The notes under the pieces: model-generated
What the model saw: the letters and a program-made list of their open reading frames with translations, nothing else
Database searches by the model: none
Told to the model about the DNA's origin: nothing
Translations under genes and position numbers: made by a program
Origin: a virus
Lineage: Duplodnaviria > Caudoviricetes
Reading direction: 5' to 3' (one strand)
Virus record (IMG/VR): IMGVR_UViG_3300000317_000004
Span: 1 to 53,723 of that record
Length of the DNA: 53,723 bases
Shown here: positions 36,582 through 46,475 of the stretch, one piece after another
How positions within the stretch are numbered: position 1 is the stretch's first letter
How the letters are laid out: each line of letters starts with the position of its first letter

Positions 36582-38924
36582 ATGTCAAGCGACGTAGAAG
36601 TCAAGTTAAAATTAAAATCTGATCTTGCAGAACAAACTAAAACAGAAGTCAACAAAGCTGTTGAAAGTCTTAAAAAGTTATCAATGTCTGAAGCTGAGCT
36701 TGCAGCGGCAAAGGCACATTCTGGCAACATAAATATTAAATGGCTTGATTTAGAATCAGATGCAATGAAGAGAAGGGAAGCCGCACATCAAAAATGGCTT
36801 GAAAAATTAGATGCTTCTAAGGTGGCCTTTGAAAAAATGAAAGCGTCGAGCGCCACTACAAATAATGCTATAACCGACGGGTTTAAAAACATGGCGGAAA
36901 ATGTTGGGGACAGAATAACCTCAATGGCTTCAAAGGTTGTTCTTGCGTGGGTAAGTATTCATGGCGCAATGAAAATTAAGTCGATGATTGAAGATAGCAT
37001 GGAATATGGTAATCAAATAACCAATAACTCGCGAAAAATGGGGATGTCAACTACCGAATACCAAAAGCTGTCTTACGTAATGAAACAAAGCGGAAGCGAT
37101 ATTGGTTCTTTGTCCAGAGCTTTTTTTACTATGGCAAAACTTGCCGAAACAAGCAACACAATTTTAGGAGTTTCAACAAAGGAAGCAAATGGTAGCACCA
37201 AAGAGCAAGGCAAATTATTTGAAGAATTGCTCATTAAAATATCAGAAATACCAAATACTAATGAGCGTGCGGCAGTATCAATGAAGCTTTTTGGCCTACA
37301 AGGCAAAGAAGTTTTTGGAATTGCTTCACAAGGGAAAGACAGAATAAAAGAACTAACAGAAGAAACTACAACATACGGGCTTGTTCTTGATAAGCAAACA
37401 ATTGAACAATTACATAGGGCAGAACAAGCCCAAACAAGATTAAATACTTCTTGGAAAGTAGCCACTTCACAAATTCTTGCGCCCTTGACCGAAATGCTTG
37501 GCAATTCGGTTTTGCCAGCATTGATGACACAATATTCTAAAATTCTTGCTGAAAGCCTCAAGTCTCCGCAAGACAAAAAAAATGAGTTTTGGATTAGGCA
37601 GTATAAAAACGACATTAACGATTTAAACTCGGAAATGGAAAGGGCAGAAAAACAAAAGAAAAAATCTTTTAATTATGATGCTGAAATAGTGACAATTAAA
37701 GAAGCTGAAAATAGGATTGCAGAGCTTAATAAAAAAATTGTTGCATTAGGCGGAGAATCAACAACTACTTCTCCTGGAGCTCTTAATAAATACGAAGATC
37801 TTTTTGACAAAAAGTCTTCAAAGGCGGGCGCTCAAAAATATGATTCTGAATCTGTAATGTACGGTCTTAGACATACCGCTATTGCCAGTTCCGTGTATGG
37901 CGGAGAATTGGATATTAATAAACAAGCAGCATCGAAATTAAGCGTTCTTGCAGGATTTTATGATACAATGTTTACAATGGATAAAGAAAGTACTGATAAG
38001 CAACTTGAAAATATTGATGAAAGAATAAAATCTTATCAAAAGATCAAATCGCTTTATCAGGTAATGGAAACTCCGAGAGAATCTTTGAAGCGTGAAGCCA
38101 CAGAAGATTTACAATCAGTTGACGAGGGGGTAGCTTTAGGGGCTACGACAAAAGAAGACGCACTATCGTACAAGCAAAAACGATATGCCCTTTACTTAAA
38201 GAATGTAAAAAAATTAGACGCTGAGGACACACAAAATAAAAAGCAACATACCCAGCAACAGATTCAGATGTATTCCGGCCTTGCACAAAAAACCATAGGG
38301 CTTGCAAACAATATTACACAAATAAGAAGTAATAATCTTGCGACTGAAAAAGCAAAAGAACTTCAGGCTGTCGAAGACAGTAACATGAGTCAGAAACAAA
38401 AGGCAAAGGCTACCGAAAAAATCAATAAGGAAATGGCAGCAAAGGAAAAAGAGCTTAAAAAAGAACAGCAGGCATGGTCAATAGGTCAAGCGCTTATAAA
38501 CGGCGCTGTGGGAATCACAAATATATGGTCAGAACATGCAGCAAATCCGATATATGCAGCAGCTTTGACCGTTCTTGAAGCCGCTACCATGGCAACTGAA
38601 ATTGCCATTATTAAATCACAAAAATTTGCGAAGGGCGGAATTGTTCAGGGGACGGGCGGAACTGATAGCGTAACCGCACAGGTAACTCCAGGCGAACTTG
38701 TAATGACTCCAGATCAACAGGCAAACACACTTGCCGCAATAGCTCGCGGAGGCTCATCAACATCCAATAGTAGTAACAATACTAATTATCACATGGGAAA
38801 CATTATTGTAAATGGCAACGCCGATGCGTCTACAGTGCGAGCAATACGTCAAAGTCAAGTGGAACAAGTGAAACAGTATCAGGCAATTCAGCGGGCGGCG
38901 AAGAGATTGAGAGTAGCGGCATAA
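36582..38924 (+). CDS. Tape measure protein
   Basis: G.ST.EYQ.L.Y....G, LFG..G, helical, FAKGGIV.G..GTDSV.A.VTPGE.V. Confidence 0.9.
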   Translation: MSSDVEVKLKLKSDLAEQTKTEVNKAVESLKKLSMSEAELAAAKAHSGNINIKWLDLESDAMKRREAAHQKWLEKLDASKVAFEKMKASSATTNNAITDGFKNMAENVGDRITSMASKVVLAWVSIHGAMKIKSMIEDSMEYGNQITNNSRKMGMSTTEYQKLSYVMKQSGSDIGSLSRAFFTMAKLAETSNTILGVSTKEANGSTKEQGKLFEELLIKISEIPNTNERAAVSMKLFGLQGKEVFGIASQGKDRIKELTEETTTYGLVLDKQTIEQLHRAEQAQTRLNTSWKVATSQILAPLTEMLGNSVLPALMTQYSKILAESLKSPQDKKNEFWIRQYKNDINDLNSEMERAEKQKKKSFNYDAEIVTIKEAENRIAELNKKIVALGGESTTTSPGALNKYEDLFDKKSSKAGAQKYDSESVMYGLRHTAIASSVYGGELDINKQAASKLSVLAGFYDTMFTMDKESTDKQLENIDERIKSYQKIKSLYQVMETPRESLKREATEDLQSVDEGVALGATTKEDALSYKQKRYALYLKNVKKLDAEDTQNKKQHTQQQIQMYSGLAQKTIGLANNITQIRSNNLATEKAKELQAVEDSNMSQKQKAKATEKINKEMAAKEKELKKEQQAWSIGQALINGAVGITNIWSEHAANPIYAAALTVLEAATMATEIAIIKSQKFAKGGIVQGTGGTDSVTAQVTPGELVMTPDQQANTLAAIARGGSSTSNSSNNTNYHMGNIIVNGNADASTVRAIRQSQVEQVKQYQAIQRAAKRLRVAA

Positions 38925-39703
38925 TGGTTATATCAGGCACCGGAATAACAACATTTACGGCCAAAATTAAGCCCGATTTTAAGCCCAAATCATATTATGC
39001 CCTACAATGGGCGCAGGCAGCAGACATGAACTGGCATGCCACTGATAGAGGCTCCGCGCGGGATTATTATGAATGCGAAGATTTTCGCTTGTATGCAAAA
39101 GAAAACGTTATTAATAATTTTATTAATCAAGTCGAAAATAGCCGAGTTTCGGGAGATAATACGCTTACGCTTTCGTCTTTTTCGTCAACCGAACATATTT
39201 TTGGGGAGGGTATTGTTTATAGTGGGAATCTTACCGTTACTGTTTTAGAAATCCCGTCGCGCGCTCAAAACACATGGAAGGGCTGGTCTATTACTTGTAA
39301 ACTGCGTTTGCTGTCTCCTTACGCATATACAAGCTCTACGGCCACTCTTCCGCCATTACGATGTGTCGATGTAGGGTATAGCGCAGATTCCGAAAGAACT
39401 ATAACAAAAATTGATACTTACAATAACGCATTTACTTATGTTGATCGTGTATGTGATTCTGGTGTTTTTACCGGAACGTTTTTATTTACAATACCTCAAA
39501 TGGAGCAACTTAAACTTTTTGCTGTCTTAATCAGGGCAACGCCGTTTTCAATATCAAAAATATGGGGCGTTAATTATCCTTGGGGGCGTAGAACTACTAC
39601 TTATCCGATATATGCAAATCTTAAAACCATCGAAGATGAACAAATGGAAGGCGTGCATCGTTGGAAATGTAAATTAACTTTTGTCGAGTTTAAATATGCC
39701 TAA
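38924..39703 (+). CDS. Putative distal tail protein
   Basis: Coupled to tape measure; beta-rich. Confidence 0.55.
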   Translation: MVISGTGITTFTAKIKPDFKPKSYYALQWAQAADMNWHATDRGSARDYYECEDFRLYAKENVINNFINQVENSRVSGDNTLTLSSFSSTEHIFGEGIVYSGNLTVTVLEIPSRAQNTWKGWSITCKLRLLSPYAYTSSTATLPPLRCVDVGYSADSERTITKIDTYNNAFTYVDRVCDSGVFTGTFLFTIPQMEQLKLFAVLIRATPFSISKIWGVNYPWGRRTTTYPIYANLKTIEDEQMEGVHRWKCKLTFVEFKYA

Positions 39704-42700
39704 AATAAATTATGCCATAGAAATTTATACCGATATAGGGGACGCAGATCATACCCCTATGGCGTTAACTAATACCGATATAGGATTACAGAACGGTGTA
39801 TTCCGTTTTGTATCAGGCAGGCCAAAATATGACGGCTCTACAGTTGTTCCTAAATATGGCGCAAGCGAAATTGATATAAACGGAAACAATGTAAGCAATC
39901 AGAACAATACTAATATTTATTACGAAGGATTTTTGCAAAAAGACGGAATTACGTCGAATCCTTCAAACGAAATTGATTTAAGTCAGACTGGAGATGTTGC
40001 AACTCTTAGTAGCCTTGAATTTATTGTATCAAACTGCAATTCGACAGGATTACAATTTGCAAATCAATGCAAAACAGATGAAATTTTATTTATTGGAAGA
40101 CGAGTAAGATTATTAATTTTTATTGACAATGTGATTTACAGTAGATGGGTAGGGGCTATAGACAACAACCCGTACGACGAGGTTGATTTCCATTTTTCTT
40201 GTGGGTTTGATGATTCTGTTTACAAAACAATGCCGCCGAAAATAATAAATTCTGTGACTTTCCCAAACACCGGAATCGGTTCTCAAAAGTCTTCACAAAT
40301 ATCAATAGTTGGGGCTGTTTCTTCGGCTTCAAATATACCGGCAAATGCGACAAGTGAAAGCAATCCGCTGCCTATTTGCTTTGGAGACATTCCCTATGCT
40401 CAGATGTTCAACGTGGAGGGTATTCCACAATTTGAGAAAATAGCTTATTCATCTTATTTGTCTGCATATTCAAAAGTCGCACCAGCGTTACAATCAAGCA
40501 ACGGCTCAGGTACTATAGATGATGACTATATATATTCAACAAATTTGTCTGTACAAAGTTTTAACCCTCATCCATCAAGTGATTTTAGATGGTGCCCAGG
40601 ATCACAGTTTTTTCCTCCAAGAAGCTTATATATATTTGTCAACAATACTGCGACTGGAGGCATTGGGTTTAATAAGCGTTTTGATGATTGGGTTTACATG
40701 TTGGCAATACCCTATAAAGACCTTTCAATATCACATCCGGTGACAGGATCAAGTGGAGACGTCTTTACAATGTCAGCAACCGAAAAGCGCGATTCATACG
40801 CTTTTCCCTATGATTATTTTAAGGATTATTATGTTTTTAAAGTAAACGATACAGAGGGTTATAAAGTAGTAAATAGTTACTCTACATGGCTATATTACGA
40901 ATATGATGAAACAAGCCATACTGGGCGAAGCTGTTACGCTTTATTTCTTGCCCTTGCAAAAGCCCCTGAAAGTTTTGATACGAATAATATGCTTGCTTCT
41001 ATTGTAAAGGGCTATACCCCTGTCGATGTTCTTGACTATGGCAAGCCGGTTTCTGGTTCGGACACAATATTTTTCATGCTTGGGAAAAGTAAGGTCAAGC
41101 AGGTTGTTTCTAATTTCAGGATTATTAGCTATACTTCAAGATTGATAAACGGCATTGTACCAATTGCTGGAATACCAGTGCTTAGAAGTTATTCAAGCGA
41201 TCAAAAAGTATATAACGATGTTTCGGGCATGGTTTCGGAAGCTAACGTTATAGGAGATTCAACAAACGGAGGAATAAAATTTCCTTATTTGCAACTAAAA
41301 GCCGCATCTGAAATACAGGAAAACGGAGTCTCTTTATTAACTCCAATTGTTTTGACAAAGGAATGTATATCAAATGTAGAAACCTGTCAATTAATACCTG
41401 ATAGCACAACAACCGTTACAAAGTCAACAGCAATAACAACACGAAGCCTTACTGATGCTCAAAAAGAAATTTTAATTGATAGAGACAGGACGACATCTCT
41501 TGAAATAGCGATACCTGGAATAAGTGTTCCGCTTGCATTAGATAGCGGGGCATCTACGACAACAATATATGTTGATACTGACCCGTCAACATTTATATAT
41601 AAAACAGGATCAAGTGGCGACGTTGTTGTTGTTGGAGATTATACAGAAGGATTTACAAATGGACGTGTTGTTATGGATTATAGTACAACGCGCGGCACTA
41701 ACGGCTATTATTCTGTTGATCTTGATGATAGCGTAACTGATAAAACCGTGGCAAATGGAGCAGTATTGATGATACAATACGTAGACGGAATATCAGCTCG
41801 CGGGCAATGTGTAACTTTCGGAATTGACATGACTTCACTTGTTGATATTGATGTAGAAAAAGCATATTTTGGAATTGATTTTATAGCAACAACTCCGCAT
41901 GGAGGAATAGCTTCAGTTGGGAACTCACTTAAGCACCTATCTTTTGGTATTTCGTTTCGACTTCAAGACCAATACGGTCGAGATGTTGAACTTGACAGTT
42001 CTGACAGATTGGATTTACGTGACCCGTTGGGCAATATACTTATATTGACAAAAGACCAACAAAATGGAGTTGCGGCTTATAATCCAACATGGAACTTATT
42101 GCCTGATGATTATTACGAATGCGGGGGAAATACAAACAGTGAGACCAATAGATTTTCAATTTCCTCGTATAGTGATGATAGTTCAAGCAATGCTTTTGGT
42201 GAAATTGATTTTACAACAGTACTGTCATTAATAAAAACACGAGTTGCAACTCCAATTCTATATGTTGATTTTTATGTTATAGGATCTTCTGTTGATGTCG
42301 GAGAGTCTACAATTAAGCCCACTTATCCTGTAAACGTAAATCTAAAAATTAAACAAATAGGTTTTGTTGCGCAAAGATCAATTTCGACGGAAAACAAGGC
42401 ATTATATACCGAAGTAAAGGGAGAAACAATTGGGAATAACGGCACTACGGCAACCAACACGGTATATACAGCAATCCGGCATATTCTTGAGGATTATGAC
42501 AAAATTCCGTCCGCACTTATTTCTTACGGAAATCTTGATTCCACGCGCGACGCGACGCATTCGTGGTATATCGGAAGACAAATTTTAGAACGTAAAAGCA
42601 GCTTGGATTATTTAAAAGAACTTTGTCAGCAAGCGTTTATTGGATATTTTATATCACGCTCTGGTAAACATTCATTTTCGGCATGGAGAGAAAATAAAGC

Positions 42701-43544
42701 TACGTCAATAACATTTGACGAATCTACTATTGTCAGGGGCAGTATAAAGGACTGGAAAAAGACGGATATTTCGTCAATGTTTAACGATTTTAATTTGCAA
42801 TATAACAACAATCCCGGCCTTGGCAAGCTTGATAAAAATATTATCTTAACTCATATAGATGACGCGGAACCTGATGTTACAATAACGACTACGCCGACAC
42901 ATTACCCCGGAGATGGATTCCCGGTAATCGGATGTATAGATACAGACGGAATACCGCTATGGAAAAAATACTGTAGCTTTCCCGGAATCCCTACCACTCC
43001 TATTTCTGCAATCGCGGAGCCGGTGAGCTCAGAAATAGGTGATAGCTATTATGCTGAGGCAACAACAACCCATTGGACTACTGGAAATTATTATGTATGG
43101 CATGGTACGGCATGGGTAGCCAACGAGTATCCCGCCGCGTATACAGCGGCAAGTACGCTTTGGGCTGCTTGTCACGAGTCCTGGATTAAATTTTTTATAG
43201 TAAATCAAGCGTCCGGAACATTAACATCTCTCAACTGGTATCAAGACAGATCAGTTTTATCCGATTTGACAGAAGCTGCGAAAGGCGTTGGAGTTTACAG
43301 CTCTGCATATATGTTTTTACAACAGATAATTGGATGGCTGACAGATCAAAAAGACACGGTAACTTTTTCCGTTCCAATAACCGTTGCTTCCGCTCAATAT
43401 GATTTACTTATGCCGGTATATTTTTCTGATTATGTTTATACTTACGATGTTGCACGATTTGGATGGATAACCCGAATTGAGCCGAACTTTAATGATACCG
43501 ACAACGCTGTTTTTAACATATCTTTAATACTTGACGTACAATAG
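39696..43544 (+). CDS. Tail tip/baseplate hub protein
   Basis: 1282 aa; P.PI.FG motif; position. Confidence 0.65.
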   Translation: MPKINYAIEIYTDIGDADHTPMALTNTDIGLQNGVFRFVSGRPKYDGSTVVPKYGASEIDINGNNVSNQNNTNIYYEGFLQKDGITSNPSNEIDLSQTGDVATLSSLEFIVSNCNSTGLQFANQCKTDEILFIGRRVRLLIFIDNVIYSRWVGAIDNNPYDEVDFHFSCGFDDSVYKTMPPKIINSVTFPNTGIGSQKSSQISIVGAVSSASNIPANATSESNPLPICFGDIPYAQMFNVEGIPQFEKIAYSSYLSAYSKVAPALQSSNGSGTIDDDYIYSTNLSVQSFNPHPSSDFRWCPGSQFFPPRSLYIFVNNTATGGIGFNKRFDDWVYMLAIPYKDLSISHPVTGSSGDVFTMSATEKRDSYAFPYDYFKDYYVFKVNDTEGYKVVNSYSTWLYYEYDETSHTGRSCYALFLALAKAPESFDTNNMLASIVKGYTPVDVLDYGKPVSGSDTIFFMLGKSKVKQVVSNFRIISYTSRLINGIVPIAGIPVLRSYSSDQKVYNDVSGMVSEANVIGDSTNGGIKFPYLQLKAASEIQENGVSLLTPIVLTKECISNVETCQLIPDSTTTVTKSTAITTRSLTDAQKEILIDRDRTTSLEIAIPGISVPLALDSGASTTTIYVDTDPSTFIYKTGSSGDVVVVGDYTEGFTNGRVVMDYSTTRGTNGYYSVDLDDSVTDKTVANGAVLMIQYVDGISARGQCVTFGIDMTSLVDIDVEKAYFGIDFIATTPHGGIASVGNSLKHLSFGISFRLQDQYGRDVELDSSDRLDLRDPLGNILILTKDQQNGVAAYNPTWNLLPDDYYECGGNTNSETNRFSISSYSDDSSSNAFGEIDFTTVLSLIKTRVATPILYVDFYVIGSSVDVGESTIKPTYPVNVNLKIKQIGFVAQRSISTENKALYTEVKGETIGNNGTTATNTVYTAIRHILEDYDKIPSALISYGNLDSTRDATHSWYIGRQILERKSSLDYLKELCQQAFIGYFISRSGKHSFSAWRENKATSITFDESTIVRGSIKDWKKTDISSMFNDFNLQYNNNPGLGKLDKNIILTHIDDAEPDVTITTTPTHYPGDGFPVIGCIDTDGIPLWKKYCSFPGIPTTPISAIAEPVSSEIGDSYYAEATTTHWTTGNYYVWHGTAWVANEYPAAYTAASTLWAACHESWIKFFIVNQASGTLTSLNWYQDRSVLSDLTEAAKGVGVYSSAYMFLQQIIGWLTDQKDTVTFSVPITVASAQYDLLMPVYFSDYVYTYDVARFGWITRIEPNFNDTDNAVFNISLILDVQ

Positions 43545-43554
43545 AAAAAAAATT

Positions 43555-43866
43555 ATGAAAAGATACGTAAAAATAGGTAAACATACAAAAAATCAGGAAT
43601 TTGCTGACGTTTTCAGCTACGACAAGCACGGTCGAATTACAGTTGGGGTAGACAATACAACAACAACGATTAACACGGTTACTCGGCAAATTACTACAGT
43701 GGCGGGAAGTTATTCCGGATACATTCCGCCCTATGCGTCGGCTCCAGCAGCAATATCAACGTATCATCAGATGTGGTACGATACGGTTAATAACTGTTAT
43801 AAAATAACAGCATCAACACAAGCCGGAAGCGGAACAAAACAAGTGCTTATTACTGATCCTGAATAA
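43555..43866 (+). CDS. Hypothetical tail-associated protein
   Basis: P...P......QMWYDT pattern. Confidence 0.55.
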   Translation: MKRYVKIGKHTKNQEFADVFSYDKHGRITVGVDNTTTTINTVTRQITTVAGSYSGYIPPYASAPAAISTYHQMWYDTVNNCYKITASTQAGSGTKQVLITDPE

Positions 43867-43887
43867 TATTTTAAAGGGAAGGAAATT

Positions 43888-46467
43888 ATGGCAAAAAAAT
43901 ATTTGTTTTTACTGTGGATACTGTTGGCGGTACAGATTCCGCAAGGGCTGACCATGAATCCCCTGTCGGCATTTAAAGGATTGATGGTTCGGGACTCTCT
44001 TGTCGATTCCGGAGTGATAAAAACAAAAACCCTTATCATCCAGTCGCCCCATCATGCGGACACGACTGGCGTAGACACGTTTTTTTGCAAAAAGAAAGAT
44101 ACTGTTTCTTATTTGTCACGAGCAGAAATGAAATCACTTGTAGGCGGTTCTGGTGGAACTTCTGATTCTGGCTGGAATGGCTTTGTCAAAGGCACGAATC
44201 AGTCTGTTCGACTTATTTCTTATGACACAGGAAAAACTGTGATACTCGAAACGCTTGTCGGGACTACATGGAGTTATGCCGGATTTAAGTGGGAAATAGG
44301 AAACAATTTGCCAAGCGTACCTTCGTCCGGAAACTATCGGGTTTCAAACGTTTATGTTACTACGGATTCTTCGCTTGTTGTCCAGTATTCTACAGGCACA
44401 GACATCTATACTACAATAATAAGAGACACGGCTTCACATGATACATCTGGCCATGGATCGCTATGGGCGGCATTAGGTGCAAAGCGCGACACGTCCGCGC
44501 ATGACACAACCGGTCACGGCGCGTTAAATACCGCAATAGGAACAAAATTGACAGCGGTAATATCTTCTCCGGTAGCCGAACAAATTATAAAATACGATGG
44601 CAGTAGTTGGGTAAACGGGAACGCAAATCCCGTGAGCGCTGGAGCCGGAATTGAACTATGGGGAACGCAAACCATATCTGATATATCGCCATATTATAAT
44701 TTTTCCAATACGCCAATTTCGGCAGCGGAGGAAATTTTTACTACGGTTGTAAACAATAATGAGGTATTGATTGCCGGAATAATCAACCCGGCAGGAACCA
44801 GCATCACAACGCTGGATGCCGGGCGCTGGGTATTGCACGGATGGGGATATGCCAGTTTAATAGGAGCGCGGTTTATTGCCAAAATTTATAAACGCTCTGC
44901 TGCCGGATCTGAAACACTTTTATTTAGTGTAAATGGGAATATACTTGGAACAACCCTTGGGCAAGAAGATAAGGAAAGTGTGCAACCGGAATATACACTT
45001 GCATCAACGGACAGGTTATTAATCAAACTGTACGCTCAAACAGATAGTACGCATGACATTACTGTGTACTATTATGACTATGGAACGGATCATTATACTT
45101 TTATTTCCACGCCGCTTACTACTGGACATAATTTTTTAAAAGGTGTACAGGGTGGAAAAACAGGTCAATATTATCACGTGGATAGTGCCTGTTATTACAC
45201 ATTGACTCGCACGGATACAACCGGAGTAATTATCAACCGCGTTGGCACATTAGGCATAGTTGATTCCGTAGCTCATGCAAAAACGGCAGTTACGGCAACC
45301 ACGGCAGGAACGGTTACCACAAACGCAAATTTGTCTGGCGTTATAACAAGCGCCGGCAATGTGACATCTGTTGGCACATTGACCACGGCAGCGGTCCCGG
45401 ATGCAACTAACTACCGATATTGCACGGACGCGCAAAAAACCGTAATCGGAAACACTTCGGGAACAAATACCGGCGACGTTACGTTGGCAACCAACAACGG
45501 ATTGAGCCTATCAAGCCAGATACTTGCTATGGGCACGCCAAGCACGCTTACGGCAACAACAACCAATGCGGTGACCACAACTACCCATACGCACGCGATA
45601 ACGCCTTCGCCGTCTCTCGTTGGCGTTGGAACGGCGCAATATCAATACCTCGTTACTGGCGCAAGCCCTTATACGCCTGTGTGGAGTTCGGGGTTGCTTA
45701 ATATTCCGACAGGCTCAAGTTTAATTCTTTCCGGCGCATATTCCCAGACTTTCACGGCGGCGGCGGCGACGGCAGCTTCTTGGCCTACTGCCGGTGGAAC
45801 TGTGTACATACCCAACAATCCGCTGACTACTATAGGCGACATCATGTATGGTACAACAACAGCAACGCCATCAGTTACCGGGCGGCTTGCTGCGGGCGCC
45901 CGTGGAACTGTTATATGCGGCAATGGCGCGGGAGTTTTACCGACCTATGCTGCCGGCAGGATTGTGAGAAATGCCTACTCGACCACTTCGCAGACCTTAA
46001 CGGCGGCAACATTGACGCTTATTGCCGGCACGCAATTCAATTTTACTGCCGGCGACTTGGCAATCGGAACGCATTTCCGATGGAAAATATCATTGACCAA
46101 AACCGCAGCCGGAACTGCATTGAGTACGTTTTATGTCAAATTTGGCACGCTTGGAACGACTTCAGACGGTACAGTTTTGACGTTTATCAAAAAAGCCGGA
46201 ACAGGGGTTGCTGACACCGGACATGTTGATATTGATTGCATTGTCAGGGGGCCGATCTCATCCTCATGCATTGCAATCGGGCATTTTACTTTGACACATA
46301 CGTTGGCATCAACCGGATTTGCCACTACTGCAAATTGTGATGTAGAGTCGATTTCCAGTACATGGACGGCAACAACTCCGACGTACGTTGAAGTCTGTGC
46401 CACAACCGGAGCGTCGGACGCTTATACAATCGCATTGGTCGAATCTGAAGCATATAATTTACCATAG
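43888..46467 (+). CDS. Tail-fibre-like protein 1 with signal-peptide-like N-terminus
   Basis: T/G/S-rich; IKYDGSSWVN, TTNANLSG, NTSGTNTGD, LTTIGDIMYG fibre motifs. Confidence 0.7.
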   Translation: MAKKYLFLLWILLAVQIPQGLTMNPLSAFKGLMVRDSLVDSGVIKTKTLIIQSPHHADTTGVDTFFCKKKDTVSYLSRAEMKSLVGGSGGTSDSGWNGFVKGTNQSVRLISYDTGKTVILETLVGTTWSYAGFKWEIGNNLPSVPSSGNYRVSNVYVTTDSSLVVQYSTGTDIYTTIIRDTASHDTSGHGSLWAALGAKRDTSAHDTTGHGALNTAIGTKLTAVISSPVAEQIIKYDGSSWVNGNANPVSAGAGIELWGTQTISDISPYYNFSNTPISAAEEIFTTVVNNNEVLIAGIINPAGTSITTLDAGRWVLHGWGYASLIGARFIAKIYKRSAAGSETLLFSVNGNILGTTLGQEDKESVQPEYTLASTDRLLIKLYAQTDSTHDITVYYYDYGTDHYTFISTPLTTGHNFLKGVQGGKTGQYYHVDSACYYTLTRTDTTGVIINRVGTLGIVDSVAHAKTAVTATTAGTVTTNANLSGVITSAGNVTSVGTLTTAAVPDATNYRYCTDAQKTVIGNTSGTNTGDVTLATNNGLSLSSQILAMGTPSTLTATTTNAVTTTTHTHAITPSPSLVGVGTAQYQYLVTGASPYTPVWSSGLLNIPTGSSLILSGAYSQTFTAAAATAASWPTAGGTVYIPNNPLTTIGDIMYGTTTATPSVTGRLAAGARGTVICGNGAGVLPTYAAGRIVRNAYSTTSQTLTAATLTLIAGTQFNFTAGDLAIGTHFRWKISLTKTAAGTALSTFYVKFGTLGTTSDGTVLTFIKKAGTGVADTGHVDIDCIVRGPISSSCIAIGHFTLTHTLASTGFATTANCDVESISSTWTATTPTYVEVCATTGASDAYTIALVESEAYNLP

Positions 46468-46475
46468 GAGGAGCT